Origin: Candidatus Magasanikiibacteriota bacterium
GTDB taxonomy: Bacteria; Patescibacteriota; Patescibacteriia; Magasanikbacterales; GWA2-37-8
Reading direction: 5' to 3'
NCBI GenBank assembly: GCA_046590235.1
Contig: JBKJTY010000035.1
Location: forward strand, 14,722 to 78,721
Length of the DNA stretch: 64,000 nt
Shown here: in pieces, positions 26,913-35,411 of the stretch
Layout of the letters: each line of letters begins with the position of its first letter
How positions within the stretch are numbered: the stretch's first letter is position 1
The notes under the pieces: model-generated
What the model was told of the DNA's origin: nothing
The model's input: only the letters and a program-made list of their open reading frames with translations
Databases searched by the model: none
Translations under genes and position numbers: made by a program

Positions 26913-28666
26913 AATCATCGTTTGTCATAACTATCGGCGGGGAAGCAGGCTTTGGTATTATGTCAGCCGGTTTAACGCTTGCAAAAATTGCCACCCGCTC
27001 AGGTTTTAGTTCATTTGGCTACGCAGAATATCCTTCAATTGTTCGTGGAGGATACAACGTCATGCATATTGCTGTTGGGGCTGAAGTTCGCGCGCCAAAA
27101 AAGTCTGTCGACTTTCTCATTGCCTTAAATCAAGAATCAATTAAACAAAACGCAGCAATTTTAGAACATGATGCCTGTGTTATTTTTGACGCTGACCAAA
27201 AAATTACTACGACGACACTAGCTCCGAGTATTGAAAAAATTCCAGTTCCATTTAACCGTTTTGCTAAAGAAATTGGTGGAAGTATTTTGATGCGCAACAC
27301 CGTCGCGCTCGGGGCGTTAGTAGCGCTTGCAGGTGGAGACTTAGAAATTCTCAAAGAATTAATTGATGAAGAATTTGCAACCAAGAAAAAAGATGTTGCT
27401 GTCCGTAATAAAAAATGTGCCGAAGCTGGTTATAATTATGTCAAAAAAGAATTTGCTTCGTTGATAAGAACTGATCTAAAACCTTTCAGTAAAAAAACAG
27501 AACGCTTGGTCATGACTGGTAATGACGCCATTGCACTCGGAGCAATTGCTGCCGGTATGCAATTTGCGGCGATTTATCCAATGACCCCAACATCAAACAT
27601 TCTCCATATTCTTGCTCCACACCAAGAAGAATTTGGGTATATTTACAAACAACCAGAAGATGAAATTTCTGCATTAACTATGGCCATTGGTGCATCGTTT
27701 GCTGGTGCTCGTTCAATGGTGGCGACAGCCGGTGGGGGCTTTTGTCTCATGACTGAAGGCTACGGACTGGCTGCTATGACCGAAACACCTGTTGTGATCG
27801 TCGTAGGGATGCGCGGTGGGCCGGCAACCGGCCTTCCCACATGGACTGAACAAGGTGATCTACAATTCATACTGCACGCGCATCAAGGCGAATTTCCACG
27901 CATCGTGCTCGCTGCTGGAGATCTTGAGGAAGCCTTTTCGCTTACCATGGATTCTTTTAATCTGGCAGAAAAATATCAAACACCGGTTATTGTACTTGTT
28001 GATAAACATCTCTGTGAGAGTTTTGCCTCAACCAAACCATTTGCGTATGGTAAATACAGTATTGAACGCGGAAAAACGTTGCTCAAATACCAAGAAAATT
28101 ATCCACGTTACGCCTTTGCTGATGATGGAATTTCACCGCGCGCTTTTCCAGGCAGCGGTAATCACATCTTGGCAAACTCCGATGAACACAATGAACGAGG
28201 GTTTACTGATGAAAGCAGTAAAAACCGTATTCATATGATGGATAAACGCATGAAAAAATTGGAAACGTGCGCTAGAGTAGAAATGCCTGAACCAATAATG
28301 TATGGGCCTAAAAATGCTGATTTAACAATTGTTTCCTGGGGAAGTAATAAGGGTGTCATTCTCGACGCAATACAAAAGTACGACAATGTAAATTATCTCC
28401 ATATCACTTGGATGAACCCGTTTCCAACAGCCTTTGTAAAAAAGATTTTGGCAGGAAGTGAGCGCATCATGATTATGGAATGTAATTACAACGGACAGCT
28501 CGACCAACTTATCCAAGAAAAAACCGGCGTAATCATTAAAGAAAAATGGTTCAAATACGACGGCCGCCCATTCTTTGTTGAAGAAGTTATAGAAAAAGTA
28601 AATTCTCTTTTAGCACAACCGTATGGCATTGCCATTCCAAAACAAACTAGAAATAAAGTCGCCTAG
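26909..28666 (+). CDS. 2-oxoacid:ferredoxin/flavodoxin oxidoreductase alpha subunit (gamma-alpha fusion)
   Basis: GGEAGFG, YPMTPTS, EDEISA, RGGPATGLPT; ATGA overlap with the upstream stop. Confidence 0.93.
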   Translation: MKSSFVITIGGEAGFGIMSAGLTLAKIATRSGFSSFGYAEYPSIVRGGYNVMHIAVGAEVRAPKKSVDFLIALNQESIKQNAAILEHDACVIFDADQKITTTTLAPSIEKIPVPFNRFAKEIGGSILMRNTVALGALVALAGGDLEILKELIDEEFATKKKDVAVRNKKCAEAGYNYVKKEFASLIRTDLKPFSKKTERLVMTGNDAIALGAIAAGMQFAAIYPMTPTSNILHILAPHQEEFGYIYKQPEDEISALTMAIGASFAGARSMVATAGGGFCLMTEGYGLAAMTETPVVIVVGMRGGPATGLPTWTEQGDLQFILHAHQGEFPRIVLAAGDLEEAFSLTMDSFNLAEKYQTPVIVLVDKHLCESFASTKPFAYGKYSIERGKTLLKYQENYPRYAFADDGISPRAFPGSGNHILANSDEHNERGFTDESSKNRIHMMDKRMKKLETCARVEMPEPIMYGPKNADLTIVSWGSNKGVILDAIQKYDNVNYLHITWMNPFPTAFVKKILAGSERIMIMECNYNGQLDQLIQEKTGVIIKEKWFKYDGRPFFVEEVIEKVNSLLAQPYGIAIPKQTRNKVA

Positions 28667-29510
28667 CGATTTAAATTCACCCGAAGTCTGTACGTGGTGC
28701 CCTGGTTGTGGTGACCTGGCTATTTGGGCTGCTTTCAAACAAGCGGCAGTCGAAGCAGGTTGGGATAATACCAACACCGCGCTTGTTGCCGGCATTGGTT
28801 GTCACGGACACATTGTAAACTTTCTTAAAATGACCAGTTTCGAAGGCCTGCACGGACGTGCACTTCCCGTTGCTGCTGGTATCAAAATGGCAAACCACGA
28901 TCTCAACGTTTTTGTTTTCACTGGTGACGGCGATTGTCTGGCTGAAGGCGGTAATCATTTCATGCATGCTGCAAGGCGCAACCACGACATGACCGTTATT
29001 TTGCATGACAACGCCATCTATGGCCTCACCACTGGTCAAACATCACCTCGCTCACCAAAAGGTTTTGTTTCTAAATCAACTCCTGAAGGCAACCTTGAAG
29101 AACCAATCCACCCACTTCGTTTAGCCTTTGCTGCTGGCGCTACTTTTTTAGCACGTTGTTATGCTGGCGACATTCCACGCTTAGTTGAGCTCATGAAATT
29201 AGCAGAGCAACATAAAGGTTTTGCCGTGCTCCAAGTTTTGCAGCCGTGTGTCACATTCAACAAATTATACACGCACCAGTTTTATCAAGAAAATATTTAC
29301 GAATTACCAGTTGAGTACGATCGCACTGATAAGACGGCAGCTTTTGGTAAACTACAAGAGTGGGGGATGAAGCAAATTCCTGTTGGTATTTTCTATCAAG
29401 TCGACGAACCAACGTTCGAAGGACAGGTTCCGCAACTCAAAAAACAAACACTCGTCAAAGGTGGTCCGAAAAAAAGAACGATTACGGATTTGTATAAAAA
29501 TTATCGCTAG
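28623..29510 (+). CDS. 2-oxoacid:ferredoxin/flavodoxin oxidoreductase beta subunit
   Basis: WCPGCGD, GIGC, LHGRALP, GDGD...N TPP motif, YGLTTGQTSP. Confidence 0.95.
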   Translation: MALPFQNKLEIKSPSDLNSPEVCTWCPGCGDLAIWAAFKQAAVEAGWDNTNTALVAGIGCHGHIVNFLKMTSFEGLHGRALPVAAGIKMANHDLNVFVFTGDGDCLAEGGNHFMHAARRNHDMTVILHDNAIYGLTTGQTSPRSPKGFVSKSTPEGNLEEPIHPLRLAFAAGATFLARCYAGDIPRLVELMKLAEQHKGFAVLQVLQPCVTFNKLYTHQFYQENIYELPVEYDRTDKTAAFGKLQEWGMKQIPVGIFYQVDEPTFEGQVPQLKKQTLVKGGPKKRTITDLYKNYR

Positions 29511-29513
29511 CCT

Positions 29514-29981
29514 ATGCACGTGGTAATTATCTTCGCTACCAATTCAGGTTCGACCTATTTAGTAAGCAAGCGTTTAGAAAAGCTGCTTACTAAAAAACAT
29601 AGTGTTCGAGTGGTTGAAGTAAAAAATGTCATTATCAATGATGTTGCTAACGCTGACTTAGTTATTTTCGGATCTCCAAGTTGGGATTTCGAAGGTCGTG
29701 AAGGAATGCCCCACCAGATGATGCTCGCCTGCATGGAAAGAGTCCGGCCATACAAGTTCAATGGTAAGGCCGTTGCCGTCTTTGGTTGTGGCGACACCTC
29801 CTATACCTATTTCTGCGGGGCAGTCGATCAACTCGAAAAATTTGTCCATGAACAAGGTGGAACGCTTGTTATCCCATCTCTACGGATAGACGGTTACCAT
29901 TTTGACGAAAAAAGAGCGATTACACAGGTAGAAGACTGGGCAATGCACCTCCTCAAAATTAAACGCAGTGTAGAAACGTAA
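29514..29981 (+). CDS. Flavodoxin
   Basis: FATNSGST FMN loop, GSPSW, AVFGCGDTSYTYFCGAVD. Confidence 0.9.
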   Translation: MHVVIIFATNSGSTYLVSKRLEKLLTKKHSVRVVEVKNVIINDVANADLVIFGSPSWDFEGREGMPHQMMLACMERVRPYKFNGKAVAVFGCGDTSYTYFCGAVDQLEKFVHEQGGTLVIPSLRIDGYHFDEKRAITQVEDWAMHLLKIKRSVET

Positions 29982-30146
29982 TAAATGGCTATCTAAGCCA
30001 TTTTTTGCTTAAGAGCCTTGACAAAAGGCTCTTTTTATGTTATACTCATCTGTTTCCTATCGAAACGCACTGGGGAGAAATGAGCTTATAGTATAAGGCT
30101 CATTTCTCCCCAGCACGTTACGGCGATGGGGCGCCAAGGGGACCAA

Positions 30147-30560
30147 ATGCAGTCTGTTGTGGGTACGTACTTCCGTCTTGCTCGTGAAAACGAGGTTATC
30201 GACGAAGACGGGTACTTCCACGGTTATATCTGCCAGATGGACCACGGCATCGAACTCGATCGAAGCCGACCGGTGTTCTCGATCGAGGCACTCAAGGAGT
30301 ACCTCGACAAGACCAACACCGTCGATACTGGCGAGTTCGTCGCGACCGCCCGGAAGCTCAAGTTTCCGGAAGAAAAGACGGCTCGCGATCTGTTCTATGA
30401 CGACATGTACGCCCTCGAGGAAGAAGGCGATCGCGTCCGGGCTAAGCGAGCTCTCCCGATGGAGAAGTTCATGAATCTCATGATCCTGGCCGGCCTGTCG
30501 GAACGCGAGCGGGTCGCGGCAAACCTCTTCGGAGGAAGCGCGCAGCACGCAGCCGCGTAA
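30147..30560 (+). CDS. Orphan protein (about 137 aa), GC3-rich
   Basis: Promoter TTGACA-17-TATACT (30018-30046); AAGGGG before ATG 30147 (alternative ATG 30126); strong G/C third-position bias. Confidence 0.75.
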   Translation: MQSVVGTYFRLARENEVIDEDGYFHGYICQMDHGIELDRSRPVFSIEALKEYLDKTNTVDTGEFVATARKLKFPEEKTARDLFYDDMYALEEEGDRVRAKRALPMEKFMNLMILAGLSERERVAANLFGGSAQHAAA

Positions 30561-30813
30561 TCAAGCGCCTAGTGTCATATGGTGTGAGTAATCGCAACCA
30601 GACCTAGTACTACCGCTCTGACAAGCACAACTTGTCGGAGCCCACCAAAAAGAACCCAATAATGGGTTCTTTTTACGTTTATTGATTTCATAACTATTTT
30701 ATCTTTATTTTATCTAAATAGTAATGCTTCTCATATACACTCCATCAGTCTAAACGAGCCTTGCTGTGGCATGTCTGTTTATAAACCCTAACGCAATAAG
30801 GAGGAGTAATCGA

Positions 30814-31329
30814 ATGAAAGTCGTGAAAGGTCAAAGCCGATTGGTTATTATCTTTCCGATGCTCGGTATTGCAGTCAAATTTCCTCGCGTGTATGTAACT
30901 CAAGGACTACGTACTTTGCATCACCAAGTAAGTCGCGGTAGGTTTCAGAGAGCGTGGAAGCGAGGTATGCATTTGCCAGGCAGTATCCGCGGCCCATTTT
31001 TCCAGGGTGTCGTGATCAATTGGCATGAATTCCGGTTCTATCGGAATACTCGCCACACGTTCTTGCAGCCAACGTACTTCTCATTGTTTGGCTTCGTGAA
31101 TATCCAAAGGGCTGGGAAACCTTGCCTTGAAGATCCGCCGAAATTCTGGAATAAAATGCACTGTGTAATTGGTGATGCGTTGTTCATCGATCCACACCAT
31201 TTTGAAAATCCGGACAACTTCACGGTTGTTAACGGAAAACTCAAGATGCACGACTATGGGTGGGGCGATACGCAGCAGATCATCAAGGAGTACGGAAGAA
31301 GAATTGCCGATGAAGTTGCGCTCGGCTAG
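30814..31329 (+). CDS. Small protein-kinase-like-fold protein
   Basis: AAGGAGGAG SD; KGQSRLV (G-loop-like), AVKFP, DPHHFENPDNF and MHDYG resemble kinase subdomains. Confidence 0.55.
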   Translation: MKVVKGQSRLVIIFPMLGIAVKFPRVYVTQGLRTLHHQVSRGRFQRAWKRGMHLPGSIRGPFFQGVVINWHEFRFYRNTRHTFLQPTYFSLFGFVNIQRAGKPCLEDPPKFWNKMHCVIGDALFIDPHHFENPDNFTVVNGKLKMHDYGWGDTQQIIKEYGRRIADEVALG

Positions 31330-31449
31330 TTAGGGGAATCAAAAGGAGGGGGGAACTCGCGGTGCGTACTCAATTGTACGCGCCGCTTGTATTTTTAACT
31401 ACTCTTTACTTTTGTAAAAGCTACGTAAATAAGGTATACTATACGCATT

Positions 31450-32520
31450 ATGAAGGAGGTAGTCTTGCACAAAGGAACATTCAAGAAAACTGCCACGGTC
31501 AGCCAGGCAGTTTTTATGATTACCGGACTCACTATTGGTGCTGGTGTTTTTGGTTTGCCGTACGCCATTGCCCAACTCGGATTAATTCCAGGCCTGTTAT
31601 TATTGCTTTTTATTGGCCTCATCATGCTCGGCATTAATTTGATGGTGGGTGAAATCACGCTTGCATCAGGTGATGAATTACAATTACCAGGACTCGCTGG
31701 AAAATATCTTGGTGGGTGGGCGAAGGCACTTATGTCGGGCGTTATTGTTATCAGTTGGTTTGGCACACTCCTCGCATATCTTGTTGGTGAGGGGCAAGCT
31801 CTCGCTGGTATTTTCGGCGGCAGTGAATTATTGTGGGGAATTATTTTTTGGTCATTAGCCAGCTTCATGCTGTGGGGCGGACTTTCCAGACTTAAAAAAA
31901 TAGATCAAATTATCAGCGCTGTTGTTATTCTTTTCCTTGTCGTCATTTCGCTCGCAATCATTCCGAACGCAACGGTCTTTAATGCGACATTATTTAATCC
32001 GGCAAATCTTTTTGCGCCAATTGGTGTTATTATTTTTGCGTTGCACGCTACCCCCGCAATCGCCGAAGTCCACGCGCTTGTCAGAAAACCTTCACTCTTC
32101 AGGCGTGCTATTATTTGGGGAACAGCTATTCCGGTAGCAGTGTACATGCTTTTTGTTGCGGCAGTCGTGCTCGTCACGGGTACGTTCACCACTGAAGTGG
32201 CAACTATCGGTATTGGTACAGCGTTTGGTCCATTCGCAAGTATCATCGCCAACCTCGTCGCCATTCTTGCCATGTTAACGTGCTATTTGGGATTAGGGAA
32301 CGCGCTCCAGGAAACATTCACCTGGGATCACGCCATCAGCGAACGACTTTCTTTAATGCTCGTTATCACTATCCCGCTCATGTTGTTTTTACTTGGCTTC
32401 AGAAATTTCATCCTTATCCTCAATGTTGTCGGTGGCGTCTTTATCGCTATCGAGATCTGTCTCTTGGTTCTCATCTACCTGAAAATGCGACATCAGCAAC
32501 ATAAAAAAACTCTCCGGTAA
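31450..32520 (+). CDS. Aromatic/hydroxy amino-acid permease (HAAAP family)
   Basis: GLTIGAGVFGLPY N-terminal motif; about 11 TM segments; TCYLGLG. Confidence 0.85.
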   Translation: MKEVVLHKGTFKKTATVSQAVFMITGLTIGAGVFGLPYAIAQLGLIPGLLLLLFIGLIMLGINLMVGEITLASGDELQLPGLAGKYLGGWAKALMSGVIVISWFGTLLAYLVGEGQALAGIFGGSELLWGIIFWSLASFMLWGGLSRLKKIDQIISAVVILFLVVISLAIIPNATVFNATLFNPANLFAPIGVIIFALHATPAIAEVHALVRKPSLFRRAIIWGTAIPVAVYMLFVAAVVLVTGTFTTEVATIGIGTAFGPFASIIANLVAILAMLTCYLGLGNALQETFTWDHAISERLSLMLVITIPLMLFLLGFRNFILILNVVGGVFIAIEICLLVLIYLKMRHQQHKKTLR

Positions 32521-32524
32521 AGCC

Positions 32525-32599
32525 TGTCATTCCCGCGCAGGCGGGAATCCAGTATACCAACGATATGTGTCCTGGATTCCCGCCTACGCGGGAATGACA
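32525..32599. repeat. Inverted pair of dRS3-like REP palindromes
   Basis: Two ATTCCC-N8-GGGAAT units within 28-bp inverted arms (one mismatch) around a 19-nt spacer. Confidence 0.85.
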
Positions 32600-32605
32600 A
32601 AACAA

Positions 32606-32632
32606 AAAATCCCTCGTTGAGAGAGGGATTTT
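32606..32632. terminator. Bidirectional terminator between convergent genes
   Basis: AAAATCCCTC-GTTGAGA-GAGGGATTTT. Confidence 0.7.
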
Positions 32633-32984
32633 ACATCGTCGGAGTTGTCGTGTCGGTAGTAGTGTCAGCGAGGTCGCCAGTTGGCGGCTTCACTGATTTC
32701 GGGTTAGGGGAGTAGAGGGGGTTCTTAATCTTCCAGCGGTCAATGAATTGGCCGATGCCCTTCTTCGCCAACTTGTTCTTAACAGTCGTATGGCGCTGGG
32801 ACCATTTAACCAAACTTTCAAAATTAAGCTTATAACGACCGGAGACCACCACGTAGGTCACTTCCTGGGAAGCAATCGCACGGCGAATCGTCTGGTTGTT
32901 CACGCCAAAGAGGCGAGCCGCTTCAGAGACTGAAACGCGGATAATTTCCTTAGATTCTGGCTTATTTAGCGGGTCTTCGTTCAT
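32631..32984 (-). CDS. Helix-turn-helix DNA-binding protein (excisionase/MerR-like)
   Basis: VSVSEAARLFGVNNQTIRRAI...GRYKL; consensus TTGACA-17-TATAAT promoter on the minus strand (33037-33009). Confidence 0.8.
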   Translation of the reverse strand: MNEDPLNKPESKEIIRVSVSEAARLFGVNNQTIRRAIASQEVTYVVVSGRYKLNFESLVKWSQRHTTVKNKLAKKGIGQFIDRWKIKNPLYSPNPKSVKPPTGDLADTTTDTTTPTM

Positions 32985-33238
32985 AGATGTATACAGTAGA
33001 CTACACAAATTATAGCACGATTTACCCCTTTTGTCAATGCCGGCTATAAGTAGTGCTACTCATTTGTCTACACTAGTGTATACAAAAAACATAATTTTTT
33101 ACAAGGTGAGACAGTCAAAAATGCGCTAAAGCTAGAGTAGAACGCCCGCTTCGGGTCTAAGGTTTGACCAAATCGACGTTTTATGGTACTATAATGCCTA
33201 TCCAAAGAGTGTCACAAAAGCTCTTTGAATGGTCAAAG

Positions 33239-33264
33239 TGTAACACTTTAAACCTTTTCACGTC
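33239..33264 (+). promoter_or_regulatory. Putative ECF-sigma autoregulatory promoter
   Basis: TGTAAC-N16-CGTC, resembling Bacillus SigM/SigX/SigW-type promoters, 7 nt upstream of the sigma ATG. Confidence 0.65.
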
Positions 33265-33271
33265 TTCTAGG

Positions 33272-33817
33272 ATGCTAGAAAAAATCGCGGACAAACTACT
33301 GCTGTACCGGCTGCAAGTGAAACAGGATCCTGAAGCCTACGCTAAGCTATACGATGCTTATGTTAAACAAATCTACCGGTTTGTTTATTTTAAGGTTTCG
33401 TCGCATGAAGAGGCGGAGGACATCACTTCAGAAGTGTTTTTGAAAGCGTGGCACTATATACAAGAAAAAAAGGAAATTAAGAGTTTCAGTGGTTTGCTCT
33501 ACCGCATAGCGCGTAACGCAATCATTGATTTATATCGGTCGAAAGCGACCAAGCCAGAGTCACGCCTAAATGAAGATGTAGAAGTGGGGGATGGTGGTAA
33601 ATGGTTTGCGGACATCAACACGAAAGTGGAGAGTCACCGCGTGATCGAAGCGATAAAAAAATTAAAACAAGAATACCAAGAGGTTTTGACCTTCCGGTAT
33701 GTCGATGAACTTGAAACGGGTGAGATTGCAGAAATTCTAGGAAAGAGCAACCTGACAGTCCGGGTGACGCTCCATCGAGCGGTTTCTAAATTAAAAATGT
33801 TACTAGAAAGTAAATAG
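33272..33817 (+). CDS. ECF RNA polymerase sigma factor
   Basis: EAEDITSEVFLKAW, FSGLLYRIARNAIID (region 2); EIAEILG...VRVTLHRA (region 4). Confidence 0.93.
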   Translation: MLEKIADKLLLYRLQVKQDPEAYAKLYDAYVKQIYRFVYFKVSSHEEAEDITSEVFLKAWHYIQEKKEIKSFSGLLYRIARNAIIDLYRSKATKPESRLNEDVEVGDGGKWFADINTKVESHRVIEAIKKLKQEYQEVLTFRYVDELETGEIAEILGKSNLTVRVTLHRAVSKLKMLLESK

Positions 33818-33831
33818 TATCGTATAAACGT

Positions 33832-35190
33832 ATGAGTAAGGACATTGTCCGACAACTCAAACAGTTAAAACATGACACGGTTAACCCACGAAGTGAGTGG
33901 GTTGCAACAAACCGTGCTCTTTTGCTTTCTCAGATTAAAAACACGCTTCCAGTAGAACCGGTCATCTCGACTGAGAAAAAGCTGGAAAAAATATGGGCAG
34001 CAATGGCTATTTTCTTACCTCGCCCTTTAGTGTATAATGTAGTTCGTCCAATCGGTGTCCTGTTACTCGTCAGTTTTGTAGCTACTAGTGCTTACTCAAG
34101 TACAGTGAAAGCTTCGTACGAGACTTTGCCAGGTGATTGGCTTTATCCAGCTAAACGCACAGCAGAACGTGCACAAGGAGCAGTAATCTCGCTCTTGGGT
34201 GACCAGAATACTGAAACAAAGTTTCATGTCAGTCTGGCACAACGTCGCGCTTCGGAAGTTAAGCAAATCATTGCCATAAACGATCCGGCAAAAGTTGCAA
34301 ACGTTGGCACAACGGTAGCCGAGCTCAAAAACGAATTGAATTCAATCAATACAAAGCTCGAACCCGGATTAAACACGATGCATGCGGATACTGCGAAAGA
34401 AGTAAAACAAAACACTGAAGCGATTAAAGATACGCTCCAGGATGTCAAAAATACTTTGTTACTCAGCTCATCAAGCACCAATAAAACATTGTTGCAGGTA
34501 GGAGAAACAAAAGATTTGGCTAAAGATATTTCAGTGAATGCCATGGAAGCCATGGTAGTAAAACATCTTGAAGGCGACAACACAGTCTCAAGACAAGATG
34601 TTAAAAATGCTCTTGATACTTCAATTGCTAATGTAGCAGTCGACGTACTCGCTTCCAAACAAACAGTTGATGGTGCGAAGACAATCGTAGACAGTGTCAA
34701 AACGCAAGTTACTGATTTAACAGGTGAAATAACAAAACAAAAAACTGAAAGTTCGCTCGCAACAACAACGCAAGCGTATAATCAGAAGTTAACCGATGCG
34801 GCTTCGCAAACAAAAGAAGCTTCCATCCAGACCGATCAAGTAACGGCAGCGGTTGATAAAAAAATCGATGAGGTGCGACAAGCGGTTAGTGATGATAATC
34901 TGACAAAAGCAATCGATAATCTCAAAGAAGCAAGTGAAGCAACAAAACAAGCTGAAAAAATTTCTGACACAACCATTTACACAACGCAGGCGGTACTCCC
35001 GATTGTACAGGTTATAAAAGATGCAACTGCGCTGGCTACCATTATCACTTCTTCCACTTTAAATGTATCGACTACAAAAGATATATTTTCTCTGGCTAGT
35101 ACGTCGCTCATGAGTCCGTTACTTAATGCGCCGATCAGTACTAGTACAAAGATGGTAAGTGAAAGTGTAAGTTCTACCGTTAAAAGATAA
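33832..35190 (+). CDS. DUF5667-like membrane protein, putative anti-sigma factor
   Basis: TM followed by TLPGDWLYPAKRTAE and AQRRASE; long helical C-terminus; directly downstream of the ECF sigma. Confidence 0.7.
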   Translation: MSKDIVRQLKQLKHDTVNPRSEWVATNRALLLSQIKNTLPVEPVISTEKKLEKIWAAMAIFLPRPLVYNVVRPIGVLLLVSFVATSAYSSTVKASYETLPGDWLYPAKRTAERAQGAVISLLGDQNTETKFHVSLAQRRASEVKQIIAINDPAKVANVGTTVAELKNELNSINTKLEPGLNTMHADTAKEVKQNTEAIKDTLQDVKNTLLLSSSSTNKTLLQVGETKDLAKDISVNAMEAMVVKHLEGDNTVSRQDVKNALDTSIANVAVDVLASKQTVDGAKTIVDSVKTQVTDLTGEITKQKTESSLATTTQAYNQKLTDAASQTKEASIQTDQVTAAVDKKIDEVRQAVSDDNLTKAIDNLKEASEATKQAEKISDTTIYTTQAVLPIVQVIKDATALATIITSSTLNVSTTKDIFSLASTSLMSPLLNAPISTSTKMVSESVSSTVKR

Positions 35191-35411
35191 CTACATAAGC
35201 TCATCTCTCTCGATGCATGCTCCTCGACATTCAGGATCAGCCACGGAGAGAGATGGTTTAAGTAAATCAAGTTAGGCTTAAAAGTCGATGATCACATAAG
35301 TGATTTGCCTAGCTATTAAGTCCTTTCTGTCGAAAGATGGAAAGCAACTCTCGTACGCTGACACTCTTTACTGAGTCGCGCAGTTAGTACAGAGTCTATT
35401 TATTATAAATT

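Noticed and set aside
19277-33008. Single integrated element from tRNA-Val to the excisionase-like HTH gene
   Set aside because: No integrase, no distal att repeat seen, and the span includes core metabolic genes.
35191-35411. c-di-GMP-I riboswitch suggested by the GAAA tetraloop
   Set aside because: The GGCAAAC/GCAAAG core and tetraloop-receptor arrangement are absent.
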